Source of the DNA: Hyphomonadaceae bacterium
Lineage (GTDB): Bacteria; Pseudomonadota; Alphaproteobacteria; Caulobacterales; Aquidulcibacteraceae
Assembly (NCBI GenBank): GCA_021731815.1
Contig: JAKFWO010000038.1
Coordinates: 224-64,223, forward strand
DNA length: 64,000 bases
Direction of reading: 5' to 3'
In this document: piece by piece, positions 46,230-57,784 of the stretch
How positions within the stretch are numbered: position 1 is the stretch's first letter
Layout of the letters: each line of letters opens with the position of its first letter
Program-made: the position numbers and the translations under genes
The notes under the pieces: generated by a model
The model's database searches: none
The model's input: the letters and a program-made list of their open reading frames with translations, nothing else
Told to the model about the DNA's origin: nothing

Positions 46230-47843
46230 TTGGCGCAATTTGACTATATCATCATCGGCGCAGGATCGGCGGGCTGTGTTCTCGCCAACCGGCTGAGCGA
46301 AAACCCCAAACATCGGGTCCTGCTGCTCGAGGCCGGGCCCCGGGATTCCTCGCCCTTCATCCATATCCCGATCGGCTATGCGCGCACCCTTAAAGATCCC
46401 GCGGTCAATTGGCTGTTCCGGACCGAACCCGTTCCCGAAACCCGCGACCGGACCCATGTCTGGCCGCGCGGCAAGGTGCTGGGCGGATCCTCTTCCATCA
46501 ATGCGATGCTCTATATCCGGGGGCAAAGACGCGATTACGATCTCTGGCGTCAGGCCGGCTGTGAAGGCTGGTCCTGGGACGATGTCCTGCCCTTTTTCCG
46601 CAAATCCGAGGATTATGAACATGGTGCCGATGCCCTGCACGGGGCCGGCGGGCCGCTGCATGTTTCGGACATGATCACCCGCCACGCCGTGTCGGACGCC
46701 GCCATCGAGGCGAGCGTCCAGGCCGGCATTCCGCGCAATGACGATTTCAACGGCCCGGCCCAGGAGGGCGTCGGCTATTATCAGGTGACCATGCGCGACG
46801 GCCGCCGTTGCTCGACGGCGCAGGCCTTTCTCCATCCCTTGCGCGAGCGGGTCAATCTTCATGTCGAGACGGAATGCCTCGTTGAGAAAATCCTGTTCGA
46901 AAACAATGAAGCCATCGGGGTCCAATATCGCCGGGGCGAAGAAAGCCTGATCGCCAGAGCCGGGCGCGAAATCGTGCTGTCGGCGGGCAGTGTGAATTCA
47001 CCCCGCATCCTCGAATTGTCCGGCATCGGCGCGGCGGCACGGTTGCAGGGCCTTGGCATTCCCGTCATCGCTGACCGGGGTCAGGTCGGCGAAAACTTGC
47101 AGGACCATTATGCAACCGCCTTGCGTTTTCGGCTGAAGGCGGATGTGATTTCAGTCAATGAGCAAAGCCGAGGGCTTCGGTTAATGGGCGAGATCTGGCG
47201 CTATTTCACCCAGCGCGAGGGTCTGCTCACTTTGTCGGCCGCCCATATCGGGGCCTTCATCAAGACAAGGCCCGAGCTTGAGGACCCCGATATACAATTC
47301 CACATTCTGCCCGCCACCATGGACCTCCGGAAACTGGCGACGGGCCAGGTGATGGAGCTCGAGCGCCAGCCGGGCCTGACCATAGCACCATGCCAATTGC
47401 GTCCCCTGTCGCGTGGTGACATCCATTTGCGCAGCGCCTCCCCCCGGGACGATCCGGCGATACGGCCGAATTATCTCTCCCACCGGGTCGATCAGGAAGC
47501 GCTGGTGGCGGGATTGCGCTGGGGCCGCCGGATTGCAGGGCAACAGGCATTGTCGGCCTTCATCGAAAAGGAAATCGACCCGGGCCAGGAAAAGCTGACG
47601 GATGACGAAATCCTGTCTTTTGCGCGGGAAACCGGCTCGACCCTCTATCATCCGGTGGGAACCTGCCGGATGGGCGGTGATGATGGCTCGGTCGTCGATC
47701 CGCAATTGCGGGTGCGGGGCGTGAGGCGCCTGCGGGTCGTGGATGCTTCGATCATGCCGCGGCTGGTTTCAGGCAACACCAATGCGCCCACCATCATGAT
47801 CGCGGAGAAAGCCGCCGACATGATGCGCCGCGCCGGCATGTGA
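46230..47843 (+). CDS. GMC family oxidoreductase (choline-dehydrogenase-like flavoprotein)
   Basis: The track ORF starts at TTG 46134. There is no in-frame ATG/GTG before the FAD motif. TTG 46230 is preceded by GGAGA at 7-nt spacing and gives (M)[24 protein letters not shown]-terminal GMC motifs [10 protein letters not shown] and [16 protein letters not shown]. Confidence 0.85.
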   Translation: MAQFDYIIIGAGSAGCVLANRLSENPKHRVLLLEAGPRDSSPFIHIPIGYARTLKDPAVNWLFRTEPVPETRDRTHVWPRGKVLGGSSSINAMLYIRGQRRDYDLWRQAGCEGWSWDDVLPFFRKSEDYEHGADALHGAGGPLHVSDMITRHAVSDAAIEASVQAGIPRNDDFNGPAQEGVGYYQVTMRDGRRCSTAQAFLHPLRERVNLHVETECLVEKILFENNEAIGVQYRRGEESLIARAGREIVLSAGSVNSPRILELSGIGAAARLQGLGIPVIADRGQVGENLQDHYATALRFRLKADVISVNEQSRGLRLMGEIWRYFTQREGLLTLSAAHIGAFIKTRPELEDPDIQFHILPATMDLRKLATGQVMELERQPGLTIAPCQLRPLSRGDIHLRSASPRDDPAIRPNYLSHRVDQEALVAGLRWGRRIAGQQALSAFIEKEIDPGQEKLTDDEILSFARETGSTLYHPVGTCRMGGDDGSVVDPQLRVRGVRRLRVVDASIMPRLVSGNTNAPTIMIAEKAADMMRRAGM

Positions 47844-47948
47844 CCAATGCCCGAATGGCAAAGAGCGTCGCGCGCGGGTTCAGCGAAAACGGCTTGCAAA
47901 TCATCGGAAATGCCATCATCTCCGGGCGACAGGTTTCAGGGAAGCGGG

Positions 47949-48569
47949 ATGAAAGAAATGACGTTATTTGATATTGCGGGCAAGGTACCAGCGAATTTGA
48001 TCCCCCGACTTCCGGGACTGGCGCTGGCTTTGGGGCTCTTGCTGTTCATCTCGGCCTGTTCGCTGATTGGCGGCAAGCCGTCACGCGCCCCGATCGCGGC
48101 CAATGAGCGGGCGGTCTGGGCCGTGGCCGAGGGTGATAAATTGCTGGCCCGCAACGGCAAACGTTCCAAGGTTACGACCACCGCATCAGGGCTGCAATAT
48201 GAAGTGATGCGCGCGGGCGACCGCGCGGGTCCGATGCCGCGGCCCCAGGACATGGTGCGTGCCCATTATGAGGGCTGGACGATCGACCGGGTGACCTTTG
48301 ACAGCTCCTATCTGCGCGGCAAGCCGGCAGAATTCCCGGTCGGCGCGCTCATTCCCGGCTGGATCGAAGCCCTGCAATTGATGCGGCCGGGCGATGTGTG
48401 GAAATTATGGGTTCCATCAAAGCTTGCTTATGGCGAGCGCGGGCAGTCGGGATCGATCGGCCCGAATGAAACCCTGATCTTCCAGATCGAGCTCATTGAC
48501 GTCATCCCTGACAATTCCCAGGGATCGCGGCCAATCCTTGCCCCGCCCGGGACCGAGGCACCCAGATAG
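47949..48569 (+). CDS. FKBP-type peptidyl-prolyl cis-trans isomerase, probable lipoprotein
   Basis: Trimmed from 47847 to ATG 47949 (MKEMTLFDIAGKVPANLIPRLPGLALALGLLLFISACS). FKBP core: GLQYEVMRAG, VRAHYEGW, FDSS, GALIPGWIEAL, PGDVWKLWVPSKLAYGERG, LIFQIELIDV. Confidence 0.85.
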   Translation: MKEMTLFDIAGKVPANLIPRLPGLALALGLLLFISACSLIGGKPSRAPIAANERAVWAVAEGDKLLARNGKRSKVTTTASGLQYEVMRAGDRAGPMPRPQDMVRAHYEGWTIDRVTFDSSYLRGKPAEFPVGALIPGWIEALQLMRPGDVWKLWVPSKLAYGERGQSGSIGPNETLIFQIELIDVIPDNSQGSRPILAPPGTEAPR

Positions 48570-48660
48570 TCTTCGGAACGCACTGGTCCGAAGGAAGCGG
48601 GGCCGTCCCCTACCGTGTGGTATCGGCTTTGGGCTATCCTCGCGGTGTCAAGGAATTGTT

Positions 48661-48692
48661 ACCCCCGTGGACGCCAGGGGGTGCTTCTTCTT
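48661..48692 (+). terminator. candidate intrinsic terminator after the FKBP gene
   Basis: ACCCCC-gtggacgcca-GGGGGT followed by GCTTCTTCTTC, 92 nt after the stop codon. The stem is short (6 bp) and the T-tract imperfect. Confidence 0.3.
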
Positions 48693-48845
48693 CGACGGGA
48701 AATGAGATAATATCCGTTGAAGCTATCGACTCCAGGATTCAGTCAGCGATTCCGGTACGTGATTCCGGTACGTTCTGGCATTCGGAACAATAGTGGATTT
48801 CGGGCAGGCTGCCGCGTTTGGAGCAACGCATTTGGCTCAAAGGTG

Positions 48846-49499
48846 ATGAAAATGGCACATGACATGGTTTCGGAGCCTGAAGCTCTTTCCGGAGAGACGG
48901 CACATCCTGGCCGAAAATCCGCTTCGGCGCAGGTGGCAAGTCTTGCATGCGCATTGGGCATGGCTGCGCTTGTCGCGGGCTGTGTGACCGCTACCCCCTA
49001 TCGCGAGGCTGCCAAAGCCGGCCGCGATGGTTATTCCGACACCAAAATCGAAGCCAACCGCTTTCGCGTGACCTTTGAGGGAAATTCCTCCACCCCGCGG
49101 GATACGGTAGAGAATTATCTTTTGTATCGTGCCGCTGAACTTACCCTGCAAAACGGCGATGATTATTTCATCCTGTCGACGCGCGATACTGAATCCCAAA
49201 GCCGCCTGGTCGGGAATTCCTTTGGTTCGGGTTTCGGTCGCTTTGGCGGATTTGGTGGCTTTGGTGGTTTCGGCAGCTCCCGTTTCTTCCGCTATTCCTT
49301 TCATAATCCGCGCTTTTTTGGCTTTCACGACCCATTCTTTTTCGACAGTTTTTCGGTGAACGAAATCACCAAATACCAGGCCCAGGCCGAGTTCCAGACC
49401 GGCAAGGGCCCGAAACCGGCCGATGATCCGGCGGCTTTCGACGCGCGCGATGTCGAACGCAATCTTTCGACCAATATTGTACGCACCGCCCACAAGTAA
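48846..49499 (+). CDS. lipoprotein with Gly/Phe-rich C-terminal region (possibly the Caulobacter CC0125/CC1285-type lipoprotein family, from memory only)
   Basis: The track start 48717 is a TTG. ATG 48846 is preceded by AAAGG. Signal/lipobox ...ALGMAALVAGC. Conserved-looking core GYSDTKIEANRFRVTFEGNSSTPRDTVENYLLYRAAELTLQNGDDYFIL. Then GFGRFGGFGGFGGFGSSRFFRYSFHNPRFFGFHDPFFFDSF. Confidence 0.6.
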   Translation: MKMAHDMVSEPEALSGETAHPGRKSASAQVASLACALGMAALVAGCVTATPYREAAKAGRDGYSDTKIEANRFRVTFEGNSSTPRDTVENYLLYRAAELTLQNGDDYFILSTRDTESQSRLVGNSFGSGFGRFGGFGGFGGFGSSRFFRYSFHNPRFFGFHDPFFFDSFSVNEITKYQAQAEFQTGKGPKPADDPAAFDARDVERNLSTNIVRTAHK

Positions 49500-50618
<1,119 letters not shown>

Positions 50619-50794
50619 ATATCATTCAGGAACAATTTGCCTGCGCGCGCGCCGATGATGATTTCCCGACTGCACCCGCCGGCTGATCCCGGCATCTGAG
50701 CGGGGATGCACAATATCTGCAGCATGGATTGCCTGCCATCAGGTAATCGTTCACACTCGGCGCTCAATTCCCGTTGTGATGAAGAGGACATGCC

Positions 50795-53419
50795 GTGAAG
50801 CGACATCATTTGACCGGATGCAGCGCCCGCAGCCTTGCTTTGGCTGCTGCACTTGGATTGGCCGCGAGCGCCGCGACCAGCGTTGCCGCACAGGCCCCTC
50901 CGCTCGTTCAGGCCCCTCCGCTCGTTCAGCCGGGCGCGCCGGGGGCAGCCCCCCGCATTCTCAGCGCCGAGGATTCGGTGAAGATCGCCCGCGCCCGCTT
51001 TTCGCCCGACGATGTGCGCTTCATGCAGGACATGATCGTCCACCACGCCCAGGCGGTCGAGATGACCGCGCTCATCAAGGAGCGCACCAATCGCAAGGAG
51101 ATCGTGGATGCGGGAGGCCGGATCTCGGCCTCGCAGGACGACGAGATCAAGTTCATGCGGACCTGGCTTGCCGAACGCGATTCGGCGGATGATTCGCAAG
51201 CGGCCGGCAATGCCCCCGCCGCCGGGCATGACCATCACGCCCATCACGGCCCCGGCAGCACCCACACCATGGTCGGCATGGCGACACCGGCACAATTGAC
51301 GGAGCTCGCGACGCTGAAGGCCGTGGCCTTCGACAAGATGTTTCTTGCCCTGATGATCCGCCATCACGATGGCGCGCTCAAAATGGTCGAGAAATTGTTC
51401 CAGCAACCGGGTGCCGCCTATGATCCGGTGCTGTTCGACTTCATCAGCGAATTGCGATCGGACCAGGTCGCCGAGATCCGGCGAATGAATCTGCTGCTTG
51501 CAGGTCTGTCGGCCGATCCGCGCGCCGAACTCAAACCCGGCTTCAGGGATGCCGGACAGGCGGCGAAGCACATGACTTTGGTGGCGTCCCTGCCCAAGCC
51601 CGCCGGCTTTTTCGACCCGGCCAATCCGGCAGGCCTGCCTTTGCCCAAGCCGGAAAAGCCGAAAGGCGACAAGGCAAAGACCGAAAAAGACATGGCTGAA
51701 AAAGACAAGGCTGCGACGCTAGCAGCAACAAATGCCGGCCCGGCGGCCACTCCGCCAACCATTCCTGCGGCGGCTCCGAAGCCCCCCGCCGCCACGGCAC
51801 CGGCGGCACGCGGGGACGATACGCTCGACAAGACACAATTCAGCGAGCGCTCGCCTTTGCTCGATTTTTCCAACACCGATCTCGCATTTTCGGGCGATCT
51901 GCTGGTTGCCGGCAATTATCACGGCTTCAATATCTACAAATTGTCGAAAGCCTCCGCCCCGGTGCTGGTCAGCTCGGTGGTTTGCCCGGGCGGACAAGGC
52001 GATGTGTCGATCGTCGGCAATCTGCTCATCACGTCGGTGGAGCAGACCCGCGGCCGGGTGGATTGCGGCCTTGGCGGCGTGATCGGCGATGTCAGCGCAG
52101 AACGTTTCCGCGGTTTGCGCATTTTCGACATCAGCGATCCGAAGGCTCCGCGCCAGGTTGGCCAGGTCCAGACCTGCCGCGGTTCGCACACCCATTCCAT
52201 CGTCTCTGGCCCGGGCACCGATGGCAGGATCATCGTCTATAATTCCGGCACTTCGCGGGTACGCGAGGAAGAGGAACTCGCCGGCTGTATCGGTAATATC
52301 CCGGGTGACGATCGCACGGCCCTGTTTCGCATCGATGTCGTGGAAATTCCGGTCGCGGACCCGTCCAAAGCCCGCATCATCGACAGCCCCGGCGTGTTCG
52401 CTGATCCAAAATCAGGGCGCCTTGCCGGATTATGGCCGGGTGGCGATCATGGCGATGATACCCAGGAGACCAGCCGCACGGACCAATGTCACGACATCAC
52501 CGTTTTTCCGGCCCGGAAAATAGCAGCCGGAGCCTGCTCGGGGAATGGTGTCATCTTTGACATCTCCGATCCCCGCAAGCCCAAACGTATCGATGACGTG
52601 ACCGACAAGGGCTTTGCCTATTGGCATTCGGCGACCTTCAATAATGACGGCACCAAGGTCATCTTCACGGATGAATGGGGTGGCGGCGGACGGCCGCGCT
52701 GCCGGGCCGCCGACCCGGTCAATTGGGGTGCGGATGCCATTTACGACATTGTCGATGGCAAGCTGACGCAACGCGGACTCTACAAGCTGCCCGCGCCCCA
52801 GACCGACGAGGAAAATTGCGTCGCCCATAATGGCTCGGTGGTTCCGGTTCCGGGACGCGACATCTTTGTGCAGGCCTGGTATCAGGGCGGCATTTCGGTG
52901 CTCGATTTCACGGACAGCGCAAAGCCCGTGGAAATCGCCTCGTTCGATCGCGGCCCGATCGACAGGAAGCACCTCGTGGTGGCCGGTCACTGGTCGGCCT
53001 ATTGGTATAATGGAATGGTCTATGCAACCGAGATCGCCCGCGGTCTCGACACGCTGTCGCTCATGCCAAGCGAGCATCTCACCGCCAACGAGATCGCAGC
53101 GGCAAAGCTCGCCGATCTCGGCGGGACCGTGAATGCCCAGCAGCAATTTCCGGCGACCTGGCCGGCCCATCCAATCATTGCGCGTGCCTATATCGACCAA
53201 TTGATGCGCAGCAAGACACTGACTTCCTCCGACGAACTGGTGAAGGCGCTCGATGCCGCTACCTTGCGTCTCGATGCCAAAGCCAAAGACCGGGCGCTGG
53301 CTGGTCGTCTTGAGACGCTGGCGAAATCAACCGCTTCTCTCACGGGGGATGCAGTGGCCCGCAAGCGCCTCACGGCACTTGCGGAAACACTGAACGGCGT
53401 CGCCGCGCGTCTGCGATAG
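50795..53419 (+). CDS. secreted DUF305 domain / LVIVD-repeat beta-propeller fusion protein
   Basis: 874 aa. The GTG start is preceded by GAAGAGGA. Signal peptide. DUF305-type helical repeats (FMQDMIVHHAQAVEM..., MFLALMIRHHDGALKMVE...). Pro/Ala/Lys-rich linker. C-terminal region with LVIVD-like strands (GDLLVAGNYHGFNIYKLS, VSIVGNLLITSVE, GRIIVYNSG). Family names are from memory of motifs, not from a search. Confidence 0.75.
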   Translation: MKRHHLTGCSARSLALAAALGLAASAATSVAAQAPPLVQAPPLVQPGAPGAAPRILSAEDSVKIARARFSPDDVRFMQDMIVHHAQAVEMTALIKERTNRKEIVDAGGRISASQDDEIKFMRTWLAERDSADDSQAAGNAPAAGHDHHAHHGPGSTHTMVGMATPAQLTELATLKAVAFDKMFLALMIRHHDGALKMVEKLFQQPGAAYDPVLFDFISELRSDQVAEIRRMNLLLAGLSADPRAELKPGFRDAGQAAKHMTLVASLPKPAGFFDPANPAGLPLPKPEKPKGDKAKTEKDMAEKDKAATLAATNAGPAATPPTIPAAAPKPPAATAPAARGDDTLDKTQFSERSPLLDFSNTDLAFSGDLLVAGNYHGFNIYKLSKASAPVLVSSVVCPGGQGDVSIVGNLLITSVEQTRGRVDCGLGGVIGDVSAERFRGLRIFDISDPKAPRQVGQVQTCRGSHTHSIVSGPGTDGRIIVYNSGTSRVREEEELAGCIGNIPGDDRTALFRIDVVEIPVADPSKARIIDSPGVFADPKSGRLAGLWPGGDHGDDTQETSRTDQCHDITVFPARKIAAGACSGNGVIFDISDPRKPKRIDDVTDKGFAYWHSATFNNDGTKVIFTDEWGGGGRPRCRAADPVNWGADAIYDIVDGKLTQRGLYKLPAPQTDEENCVAHNGSVVPVPGRDIFVQAWYQGGISVLDFTDSAKPVEIASFDRGPIDRKHLVVAGHWSAYWYNGMVYATEIARGLDTLSLMPSEHLTANEIAAAKLADLGGTVNAQQQFPATWPAHPIIARAYIDQLMRSKTLTSSDELVKALDAATLRLDAKAKDRALAGRLETLAKSTASLTGDAVARKRLTALAETLNGVAARLR

Positions 53420-53605
53420 GGGTTCGGAGGCCGGGTTGTCCCGCCCGGCCAGTCCGCCCCGTCCATGCGCCGGAATTCTTGACTCCATTTCGGGGAAACG
53501 CTGTGACCGGGTCGGGAGTGGGGCTCCATGCTGTCGCCGGTTGTCCGTCGTCTTGTGCAATGGTCGGGCGATTGAAACCGAATGAAACCAACGGCCTCGG
53601 GAATC

Positions 53606-54649
53606 ATGTCGCCGGCAACCATCCTTGACGTCGCTGGCAGTGCCGGCGTTTCGATCAAAACGGTTTCGCGGGTGGTCAATGGGGAAGCGCGCGTTGCCGA
53701 TTCGACGCGCGAAAAGGTGCTCCAGGCGATCAAGGCGCTCGGCTATCAGCGCAACATGTTTGCGCGTGGCTTGCGGGCGGACAAGTCGCGGGTACTCGGC
53801 CTGCTATATGACAATCCCAAGGGCGATTACCCGACCGATGTGCTTCTGGGGGCCCTGACCCATTGCCGGGAAAGCGGCTATCATTTGCAGGTCGAAGTGC
53901 TGCGCGGACGCGACCTGCCGGCACAGGCCATCAAATTCCTGTCCGAGACGCGGCTGGACGGGGTGATGCTGACGCCGCCGGTCTGCGACAATATGGAAGT
54001 CCTCGCTGTTCTCGCCGATTACGATATCCCCTATGTCCGCGTGTCGCCCAACAAGCCCCGTCCGGGCGAATGCTATATCGCGATCGACGATCGGCAGGCC
54101 GGCGAGCATCTGGCCAATTGCCTGCTGGAACTCGGGCATCGGCGGATCGGCTTCATCCGGGGGATTCCGGGACATGCGGCCAGCCGGCTGCGCTATGAAG
54201 GATATCGCGGTGCCCTCGCCCGCCACGGCCTCGCTTACGATCCGGATCTGGTATTGCCCGGGAAATTCGACTTTGCATCCGGCTTCGGAGGGGCAGCGCA
54301 GCTCATGGCCCTGCCCGATCCCCCGACCGCGATCTTTGCGTGCAATGACGAGATGGCCGCCGGCGTTCTGAGCTGGGCCCATGAACAGGGTATGCCGGTT
54401 CCGGGAACATTATCGGTCTGCGGCTTCGACGGCGGAACGATTTCCCGCGTTGTCTGGCCGCTATTGACAACCTGCCGGCAACCCATTCGCGAATTGGGCA
54501 AGGCTGCCATTCGTCGCCTGATCGAAGTCAGCATCAGTGGAAAACGCGAGGGCACCCCTCTCATTCTGCCCTTTGAGCTGGTGACGGGTCACTCCACCGG
54601 AAAATGCAATTGCTTCCCCGACACGGCAGGACAAACAGCAGGGACATGA
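53606..54649 (+). CDS. LacI family transcriptional regulator
   Basis: The track start is 53582; the second ATG 53606 gives MSPATILDVAGSAGVSIKTVSRVVNGE, the canonical LacI HTH N-terminus. A periplasmic-binding-protein-like effector domain follows. Confidence 0.9.
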   Translation: MSPATILDVAGSAGVSIKTVSRVVNGEARVADSTREKVLQAIKALGYQRNMFARGLRADKSRVLGLLYDNPKGDYPTDVLLGALTHCRESGYHLQVEVLRGRDLPAQAIKFLSETRLDGVMLTPPVCDNMEVLAVLADYDIPYVRVSPNKPRPGECYIAIDDRQAGEHLANCLLELGHRRIGFIRGIPGHAASRLRYEGYRGALARHGLAYDPDLVLPGKFDFASGFGGAAQLMALPDPPTAIFACNDEMAAGVLSWAHEQGMPVPGTLSVCGFDGGTISRVVWPLLTTCRQPIRELGKAAIRRLIEVSISGKREGTPLILPFELVTGHSTGKCNCFPDTAGQTAGT

Positions 54650-54710
54650 CATCCATATGATTTAAAAGAAAATTTAAAATATCACAGTTCTGGACAAAAT
54701 GCATTTATCA

Positions 54711-54722
54711 GACAACGTTGTC
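54711..54722. promoter_or_regulatory. candidate LacI-family operator upstream of the TonB-dependent receptor
   Basis: Perfect 12-bp palindrome GACAACGTTGTC (context aGACAACGTTGTCa) with the central AACGTT typical of LacI/GalR-type operators. It lies 76 bp upstream of ATG 54798, inside an AT-rich promoter-like stretch. Confidence 0.5.
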
Positions 54723-54797
54723 ATTGACGCGCGCGAGTCCCGCAGATAGCCTTTCCCGCAGAACAGGAATTTTGAAAAAAATCGGGAGGGGAATGAC

Positions 54798-57587
54798 ATG
54801 AAGTCTTTTACGCCGTTTTGGACGGCATTGCTGGCATCGACCGCCGTGGTTTCGCCGGCCTTTGCCCAAACCGCGAATAATGCTGCGGCCACCGATCAGG
54901 CTGCAACCGAACAGGCCGAGGAAGAGGATATCGAGACCGTGATTGTTACGGTCGAGCGGCGCAAGCAAAGCCTCCAGGATCTGGCGGGCACGGCCGTCGT
55001 CCTGCAGGGCGAGGATCTGAAGCGGCAGGGCATTCAGAACATCACCGACCTCGAAGGCCGGATTCCGGGCGTACAATTCGCCAATAATCGCGGAAGCATC
55101 GAGGTCTATATCCGCGGCGTCGGCTCATCCAATAATACCGAGCTCGGCGATCCCGCCGCCGCCACGCATCTCAACGGGGTTTATGTGCCGCGGCCGGCCG
55201 GCTTTGGTGCCGCGTTTTTCGACATCCAGCGCGTGGAAGTGAATATCGGCCCGCAAGGCACCTTGCGCGGCCGCAACGCGACGGCCGGTTCGGTCAATAT
55301 CATTCCCTGGGCACCGGGGCTCGGGGTCTTCAATGGGTCGATTGAAGCATCCTACGGGAATTTCAACGAATATACCGTTGAAGGGGTCGTCAATATTCCC
55401 GTCGGCAAAAAGGTCGCCGCCCGGATCGCCGGCTTCACGCGCGAGCATGACAGCCGTTTGCGCAATGTCTCGCCCTGCTCGGATGAACTTGGGCTCGACA
55501 TTCCCACCTGCGCGGATGAAGGCGTCGGCGTTGCCGAAGCCGCAGATGATTTCGGGATAAGGGCGGCAGTGCTCTTTCAACCGTTCAACCGGGCGAAATT
55601 CACCGTGACCGGGGACTATCTGTCCCAGACCGGAACCGGTTTCACCGGCGTCAATTTCGCCAATCCGCTGGGCAATGGCATCGACCCCGATTCCATTCGC
55701 AATCCACGCGACGTGATCGGCCGGGGCTTCACGCCTGACGAAAACACCGACCATTACGGCATCAAGGGTCAGTTCGATTATGACGGCAAGGGCTTCAATA
55801 TCGAATATATCGGCTCCTACCGCGACCTTGTTTATGACTATGAATTTGTGACGCCCGCCGGACCGTTTTATCCAGGCGTACTCGATACGCTGGGACCGCT
55901 GGATTTCGACAATTTCAACCGTATCCGTTTCATCACGGATTCCGAATCGCTCGTCCAGGAATTGCGGATCTTTTCGGACGACAAGGCGCGTCTGGTCTGG
56001 AATGTGGGTGCCTTTTTCTTCAAGGAAGACCAGCGCACTTTTCTGGGCACCACGGGCGACCGGAATCCCTTCTTTCAGGGCGTCGAGTTCAACCAGACGA
56101 CCGACACGACAAGCTATTCCTTCTATGGCGATGCCACGTTCAACGTGACGAAGAAATTCCGGGTGACCGGCGGCGTTCGTTACACTGACGACCAGAAGCA
56201 GCGTTTTGGGATCAATGCCCAATACCGGTTTGGCTTTGGCGGACCGAATTTCGATTGCTGCTTTGTCAATGGCGCGGCGTTTGGCACGGAGGGGTTCCAG
56301 TTCGCCGGACTCGACCGGACCATTATCAATCCGGATTCCAATGCTGACGGCCAGATCGACGCCAATGAATCGCTGGCCTTCCTGTTCAATGGCGTGGCGA
56401 CCTTTGGTGCGCGCGACGCAATCGACGATATCTTCCCCGGTGGAAGGCAGGTTCAGGACGCCCTTCCCGATCCGGCCACCCGCCCGCTCTGCGCGAATCT
56501 GACGATTGTCGGAAGTTGCGTCAATTTTGTTCCGGTGTTCGACGGGCGGGTTCCGTTTTCGCTCGCGCCCTTCAATTCGAGCTTCGCGCTCCAGAACGGC
56601 CGGCTCGACAATGACTTCGTCGACTGGCGTGTCCGGCTCGAATATGACATCACGCCCGACAATCTGGTCTATTTCCTGATCTCGACCGGGAACAAATCCG
56701 GTGGGTTCAATGACAATATTCCGGGCACCGCCGGACTTGGCATTGCCAATCCCGCACAAAACGCGCCGATCGAGTTCGATACCGACACTTTGGCACCAAC
56801 TTTTGGGCCCGAAACCCTTCGTTTGTACGAATTGGGAACCAAGAACGAGTTTGATGTCGGCCCGGCGAGCATCAAGTTCAACACGTCCCTGTTTTACTAT
56901 GATTATGACGATCTCCAGCTTTCGACCCTGCTGTCCGTCGCGCAGATCATTGATTTCACGGGCATAGACGCAACCAATCTGCCCGAAAGCACCGGCAGCG
57001 CGGTCGTTGCATTCAATTTCAATGCCTCGGATGCGGAAATCTACGGTGCGCAGTTCGAAGGCGGCGTGAAACTGCCGGGCGACTGGAATATCAATGCCAC
57101 TTTGTTGTGGTTGCCGGTCGCCCGCGTGGTCAATTCGATCGAAATCCAGGATTCGCGGTTCCAGGCGGATGTCGATGCCGCTAATTCCGTCAATCGCTCG
57201 ATCGAGGGCAACCGCCTGATCCGGACCCCGAAGGTCCAGTTCAATTCCTCGATCTCGAAAGCCATCCGCACCAATTTCGGAGCTTTTGACGGTGTGGTTT
57301 CGGTCGGCTATCGCTCGCCCTCGAACCAGACCATCTTCAACGGAATCGATTTTTCCAATCCCGATGACCCGGCCGAGCGTCTCAATGACCGCACCAAGGG
57401 CTTTGTCACGGTGGATTCCGGAATCGGCTATTCCCATGGCGAAAGCGGCCGCTGGCGGATCGAGGGCTATGCCAGCAATTTGACCAATGTCCAGGCACCG
57501 GCGGCGATCATCATTACCCAGTTCGACAATACCCGCTTCTTCACCACGCCCCGCTTGTACGGTGTCCGGTTGCGGGCCAAGTTCTGA
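54798..57587 (+). CDS. TonB-dependent outer-membrane receptor
   Basis: 929 aa. Signal peptide. TonB-box-like EDIETVIVTVERR. Plug and barrel. C-terminal ...RLYGVRLRAKF ends in Phe. Strong RBS GGGAGGGGA. Confidence 0.9.
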   Translation: MKSFTPFWTALLASTAVVSPAFAQTANNAAATDQAATEQAEEEDIETVIVTVERRKQSLQDLAGTAVVLQGEDLKRQGIQNITDLEGRIPGVQFANNRGSIEVYIRGVGSSNNTELGDPAAATHLNGVYVPRPAGFGAAFFDIQRVEVNIGPQGTLRGRNATAGSVNIIPWAPGLGVFNGSIEASYGNFNEYTVEGVVNIPVGKKVAARIAGFTREHDSRLRNVSPCSDELGLDIPTCADEGVGVAEAADDFGIRAAVLFQPFNRAKFTVTGDYLSQTGTGFTGVNFANPLGNGIDPDSIRNPRDVIGRGFTPDENTDHYGIKGQFDYDGKGFNIEYIGSYRDLVYDYEFVTPAGPFYPGVLDTLGPLDFDNFNRIRFITDSESLVQELRIFSDDKARLVWNVGAFFFKEDQRTFLGTTGDRNPFFQGVEFNQTTDTTSYSFYGDATFNVTKKFRVTGGVRYTDDQKQRFGINAQYRFGFGGPNFDCCFVNGAAFGTEGFQFAGLDRTIINPDSNADGQIDANESLAFLFNGVATFGARDAIDDIFPGGRQVQDALPDPATRPLCANLTIVGSCVNFVPVFDGRVPFSLAPFNSSFALQNGRLDNDFVDWRVRLEYDITPDNLVYFLISTGNKSGGFNDNIPGTAGLGIANPAQNAPIEFDTDTLAPTFGPETLRLYELGTKNEFDVGPASIKFNTSLFYYDYDDLQLSTLLSVAQIIDFTGIDATNLPESTGSAVVAFNFNASDAEIYGAQFEGGVKLPGDWNINATLLWLPVARVVNSIEIQDSRFQADVDAANSVNRSIEGNRLIRTPKVQFNSSISKAIRTNFGAFDGVVSVGYRSPSNQTIFNGIDFSNPDDPAERLNDRTKGFVTVDSGIGYSHGESGRWRIEGYASNLTNVQAPAAIIITQFDNTRFFTTPRLYGVRLRAKF

Positions 57588-57597
57588 AATGTAACGC

Positions 57598-57642
57598 GAG
57601 CTTCGTCCGGTCAAACAGGTTCAGCTTGATCGGACGAAGCTC
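57598..57642 (+). terminator. 12-bp perfect inverted repeat after the TonB-dependent receptor gene
   Basis: GAGCTTCGTCCG-(21 nt)-CGGACGAAGCTC, starting 11 nt after the stop codon. The loop is large and no T-tract follows, so it could be an attenuator or processing structure rather than a strict terminator. Confidence 0.4.
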
Positions 57643-57784
57643 TGAATGCTAAAAGCAAGCGCTTTTGGTCCAATCGGATGATTGCTTTCGATCAGAAAAA
57701 GCCTTGGATGCGGCTGTCATCGAATCCCCGTGACCGGAATCCCGTTCCCTGACCGGAACCCTGTTTCTTGAATGGCCAAATTTG

